Shown here one piece after another: positions 60,547-64,000 of a DNA stretch of 64,000 bases. Source of the DNA: an uncultured Gemella sp. (GTDB lineage: Bacteria; Bacillota; Bacilli; Staphylococcales; Gemellaceae); assembly GCA_900555985.1 (NCBI GenBank), contig USNF01000001.1, positions 82,524 to 146,523 of the forward strand. The letters run 5' to 3'. Numbering within the stretch: position 1 is the stretch's first letter; each line of letters opens with the position of its first letter. Position numbers and translations under genes: made by a program. The notes beneath the pieces are model-generated. The model saw only the letters and a program-made list of their open reading frames with translations. It did no database searches and was not told where the DNA came from.

Positions 60547-61896
60547 TTAATGTGGCTCTACTTCAACAGTAGTAATTTTTGCGAATGGATTATGCCATTC
60601 TGTACCATTCCAGAATACAGGTACGCCAAGAGTAGTGTCGAAATATTGTTGACCAACTACAAGGTTTTCGGTAGGACGTTGTTCTGTAGTACCAGAAGCA
60701 ACAGTAGCTAATTTAGCTTTAAGAGCACTGATTTCAGATTCAAGAGATTGAACTTTTTCATCATAAACAGATTTAGCTACAACTTCTGTTGTTTTAGCAA
60801 GACCTTCGATGGAAGGTAATTCAGCTTTAGTAGCTAATCCAGATACGTCAGGAAGTTCAGTTTTCTTAGCGTAAGTAGCTTCTACATCTGTAGTCTTAGC
60901 CAAACCTTCAATACTAGGAACAGTAATAGCAGCAACTTCAGCTTTAGTAGCTAAACCAGATACGTCTGGGATAGCGGATACATCAGCTTTAGCAGCTAAC
61001 TTAGTATCGACTTCAGTAGTTTTAGCTAAGCCTTCGATAGAAGGAATAGCAGAAACATCAGCTTTTGTAGCTAATTTATTATCAACTGCGGATACTTCTT
61101 CTTTAGTAGCCAAATTAGAAATATTAGGAATAGCGGATACGTCAGCTTTAGTTGCCAATTTAGCATCGACATCAGTCACTTTTGCAAGACCTTCGATAGA
61201 TGGAATTTGTACGCCAGCAACAGCGTCAGTTACTTCTTGTTTAGTAGCCAAGCCAGATACATCTGGAAGTTCAGATTTTTTAGCATATGTGGATTCAATA
61301 TCTGTAGTTTTAGCCAAACCTTCTACAGAAGGGATAGCACTTACATCAGCTTTAGTTGCTAATTTATCATTTGTTTCTGCTTTAGTATATACATTATCGA
61401 CTTTATTAGCGATAGCTGTTAAATCAGAATGTTGAGATAAATTTTTCAATGTGGCGATAGTATCTGCATCCAAACTGTTAATGGCGTTAACAGCTTCTTT
61501 AGTTGCATATGTTGCTGCAACTTCAGCCGTTTTAGCATAATCAGCTAATTTAGTTTCTACTTCGGATTCTTTCGCAAGACCTTCAATAGATGGAACTTGA
61601 ATAGCTGCTACTGCATTACTAATTTCTTGTTTAGTTGCAATAGTATCAAGTGCAGGCAAATCAGTTTTTTTAACAAGACGATTTTGATAAGCATCTCTAA
61701 AAATAACATTTGTCACATAATCTTCTGTATGAATATCGCCTTTTTTAATATAAACATTGTTTAGGTCAGAAACTTTTGCGAAACCCTCTACATCTTTTTT
61801 GGTAGCATATGCTGTTTTAATACCGCTAACGTCTTTAGCGACAATTTGAGAGAATGAACCAAGAATTCTTTTAAGTTGTTGTACGGAAATGCTCAT
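60547..61896 (-). CDS. Repeat-rich fibre-like protein
   Basis: Many IPSIEGLAKTT / LATKADVSAIP / LPDVSGLATK repeats. C-terminal GTTEQRP..GQQYFDTTLGVPVFWNG. Confidence 0.7.
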   Translation of the reverse strand: MSISVQQLKRILGSFSQIVAKDVSGIKTAYATKKDVEGFAKVSDLNNVYIKKGDIHTEDYVTNVIFRDAYQNRLVKKTDLPALDTIATKQEISNAVAAIQVPSIEGLAKESEVETKLADYAKTAEVAATYATKEAVNAINSLDADTIATLKNLSQHSDLTAIANKVDNVYTKAETNDKLATKADVSAIPSVEGLAKTTDIESTYAKKSELPDVSGLATKQEVTDAVAGVQIPSIEGLAKVTDVDAKLATKADVSAIPNISNLATKEEVSAVDNKLATKADVSAIPSIEGLAKTTEVDTKLAAKADVSAIPDVSGLATKAEVAAITVPSIEGLAKTTDVEATYAKKTELPDVSGLATKAELPSIEGLAKTTEVVAKSVYDEKVQSLESEISALKAKLATVASGTTEQRPTENLVVGQQYFDTTLGVPVFWNGTEWHNPFAKITTVEVEPH

Positions 61897-61923
61897 TATT
61901 GTCTCCTTTAAGAAAATAATATA

Positions 61924-62037
61924 TTATTTAAATTTACTAGACAAAAAATATACTGTCTCTTCATCAACTGTGTTAGACTCAATCATTTGATTGAGTCTAT
62001 CATAGTTGATTAGGACAGCCTTATTTAAGACTGTCAT
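61924..62037 (-). CDS. 37-aa mini-ORF, paralog of N-terminus of 60165..60515 (not in ORF track)
   Basis: MTVLNKAVLINYDRLNQMIESNTVDEETVYFLSSKFK vs MATLEKAVLINYDKLKSMIESNTIDEDTTYFLSGKE. Confidence 0.65.
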   Translation of the reverse strand: MTVLNKAVLINYDRLNQMIESNTVDEETVYFLSSKFK

Positions 62038-62066
62038 AAGTATAATCTTTTTATATTAATAAAATA

Positions 62067-63890
62067 TTATAGATGGCTTTCAGAATCTTCATGTGTAGGT
62101 TCTTCAGCAGCTTCAGCTACAGGAGTTGCTTCTGGATTAACTACTGGAGTTTCTGTGTGAGCTTCTTCTGTAGAAGGAACTGCTGGTTGTTCAACATGAG
62201 TTTCTTCACCTGTTGCTGGTACAACTGGTGCAGCTTCATGAGTTTCTCCATTAGTTACAGGAGTTTCTGTATGTGTTTCTTCAGTAGTAGAAGGTTGAGC
62301 TGGAGTAGTTTCATGAGATTCAACTGGAGCTGTTTCTTCATGATGTTCACCTTCTACAGGAGCTGTTTCATGTGTACCTTCAGATGGTACTACAGGGGCT
62401 ACTGGTTGAGTTTCTTCATGATGTTCTGGAGCTGGAGTTACTGTTTCATGATGTTCTTCAGCATGTGTTCCTTCTGCTGGAGTTTCTGTATGAGTGCCTT
62501 CGGCTGGTACAACAGGAGCTACAGGTTGTTCTGTATGAGTTTCGTCTTTAGGAGTTGCAGGATTTTCTTCATGTTTTTCGCCAGTAGAAGGTTTTTCTGT
62601 TTCACCATCACGAGCTTTTTCATAAATATCTTTCATGAAATCATCATCAATAGTTTCGTTATCTTCTTCTTCTTTTTTGTCTTCAGAAGGTTTTTCTTCT
62701 TTACCAGTTTCTGGTTTGGCAGGTTCATCTTCTTTTTTACCTGTCTTTTCACCAGGAGTTACAGGAGTTTCTGTATGAGTATTTTCGCCTGGAGTTACAG
62801 GAGTGTTTTCGTGTTTTTCACTTGGATTTTCTGTATTACCACCAGTAGAAGGTTCTACAGTTGTACCACCATTATCTACTTTTGCTTTTTCTTGTGGCCA
62901 AATAGATGCTACATATAAACGAGTATATTCTTCACCATTAACCATAAAGGAAATTTTTTGTTCAATAGTAGATTGAGGAATATTAACTGTAATTGTATTT
63001 GCTGGTTCAATTTCTTTTAATTCATTTGTAGCCAAATTCAAGAAAGAAAGTTTCTTGATATTGCTTAAATCTTTAATAGAAATTTTGAATTTTTGTTTTT
63101 GTTGTTTAGCTTTATCATAATAAACAACAATATTCGCTACAGTTTGACCTTTATCATCAACAGTAGTATCTGTTTTATTGCCATTGTTCTCAGCAGGAAC
63201 ATATTTGTAATTATCGAGGTTTACAACTGTACCTTCGTCATTGTCATTAACAACAGGTTTAGTATTACCTTGATTTGTAGTTGTAGTAGTTTCTGGCATG
63301 TTGTTACCGCTTGGCAAGGTTGTATTATTATGGTCATCTACAACGCTAGTATTTTTTTCCTTTGGTTTGCTCATGTCAACAACTGTTGAAGTAGTATTAT
63401 CAGGAACATCACCTTTATAATTAGGTTTTACAACTGCGTTATTATTTGTAGTGGAACCAGAATTAGTATCTCCTTGCTTCCCTTTCTTAATAATATCTTC
63501 CGATGCTAAGTTAGCAGCGTCAAGTAAATCTTTTAAATCTTTAGCTTGAGCTTTATCACTCGCACCCCAAAGTAAACTAGATGCAAGTTCTTTAATATTA
63601 GCGATTGCTTTAAGACGTTCTTCTTGAGACATACCGCCATCACCATAAGCTGCTTGTACTTTTTTACAAACTGCTTTGGCAGTAGCTCTATTAGCGTCTT
63701 TATCAAGCATAGCTAAGTCAAACCAAGCCATCAAAATATTATATAACAATTGGGCATATTCAATTGTTCTATCATTTTGAGGCAAAGTATTTGCTTTTGC
63801 TTCAATAAGTTCAGTAAAAAATGCATCTAGGTTTTTTACTGTTGCATAAAACTTACGAAGCGGAGTTGTATACAACTCTAAATTTTGCAT
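62067..63890 (-). CDS. Protein with long Glu/Thr/Pro/His-rich low-complexity C-terminal region
   Basis: 607 aa, AAGGAG RBS. Repeats ETHTETPV, HHEETxPV, PVAPVVP. Confidence 0.75.
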   Translation of the reverse strand: MQNLELYTTPLRKFYATVKNLDAFFTELIEAKANTLPQNDRTIEYAQLLYNILMAWFDLAMLDKDANRATAKAVCKKVQAAYGDGGMSQEERLKAIANIKELASSLLWGASDKAQAKDLKDLLDAANLASEDIIKKGKQGDTNSGSTTNNNAVVKPNYKGDVPDNTTSTVVDMSKPKEKNTSVVDDHNNTTLPSGNNMPETTTTTNQGNTKPVVNDNDEGTVVNLDNYKYVPAENNGNKTDTTVDDKGQTVANIVVYYDKAKQQKQKFKISIKDLSNIKKLSFLNLATNELKEIEPANTITVNIPQSTIEQKISFMVNGEEYTRLYVASIWPQEKAKVDNGGTTVEPSTGGNTENPSEKHENTPVTPGENTHTETPVTPGEKTGKKEDEPAKPETGKEEKPSEDKKEEEDNETIDDDFMKDIYEKARDGETEKPSTGEKHEENPATPKDETHTEQPVAPVVPAEGTHTETPAEGTHAEEHHETVTPAPEHHEETQPVAPVVPSEGTHETAPVEGEHHEETAPVESHETTPAQPSTTEETHTETPVTNGETHEAAPVVPATGEETHVEQPAVPSTEEAHTETPVVNPEATPVAEAAEEPTHEDSESHL

Positions 63891-64000
63891 ATGCTATGCT
63901 CCTTTTAATAAAAGATAAACAACAAAAAAATAATTGTTCTATTACAATATTACTTTATACTTTAAATGTATTTTATGAAAATCAAAAATATTATTGTCCT

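Noticed and set aside
60700..61650. Possible CRISPR-like repeat array
   Set aside because: Repeats are in-frame coding repeats with synonymous variation and no repeat-spacer periodicity
62073..63389. Plus-strand ORFs of 281 aa and 98 aa
   Set aside because: Antisense shadows of the repetitive, codon-biased 607-aa gene, with implausible Phe/Cys-rich composition
1..64000. Stop-codon reassignment
   Set aside because: Long ORFs tile densely in the standard code, and conserved genes are not broken by TAG or TGA

Overview
This is a segment of a large, strongly AT-rich tailed bacteriophage genome, probably with a contractile tail. A low-GC Firmicutes-type host is inferred, not shown. Positions 1-7.1 kb (+ strand) carry recJ, a DNA polymerase III alpha gene (dnaE) split in its catalytic PD|IDTD motif by a 316-nt ORF-less group I intron, and small accessory genes. 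Positions 7.1-16.5 kb (- strand) form a replication/regulation operon under a consensus TTGACA-17-TATAAT promoter. It encodes an AEP primase, a DnaB-like helicase with an Ala1 class-3-type intein, a degenerate PD-(D/E)XK/Fe-S protein, GroES, a DUF1064-like protein and a phage sigma factor. Positions 16.5-64 kb (- strand) are a long baseplate/tail-fibre module, with several transcription units preceded by a recurring GTAATATA motif. The most striking element is a 10-gene cassette (32987-40666) inside the tail module. It has six radical SAM enzymes around a 196-aa protein ending in CHSSCHSNCHHR, and its first gene is translationally coupled to a tail-fibre gene. It is a candidate RiPP-like system for post-translationally modifying a virion protein. 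No tRNA, rRNA or CRISPR array was recognised. All family assignments come from motif recognition by eye, with no database search.
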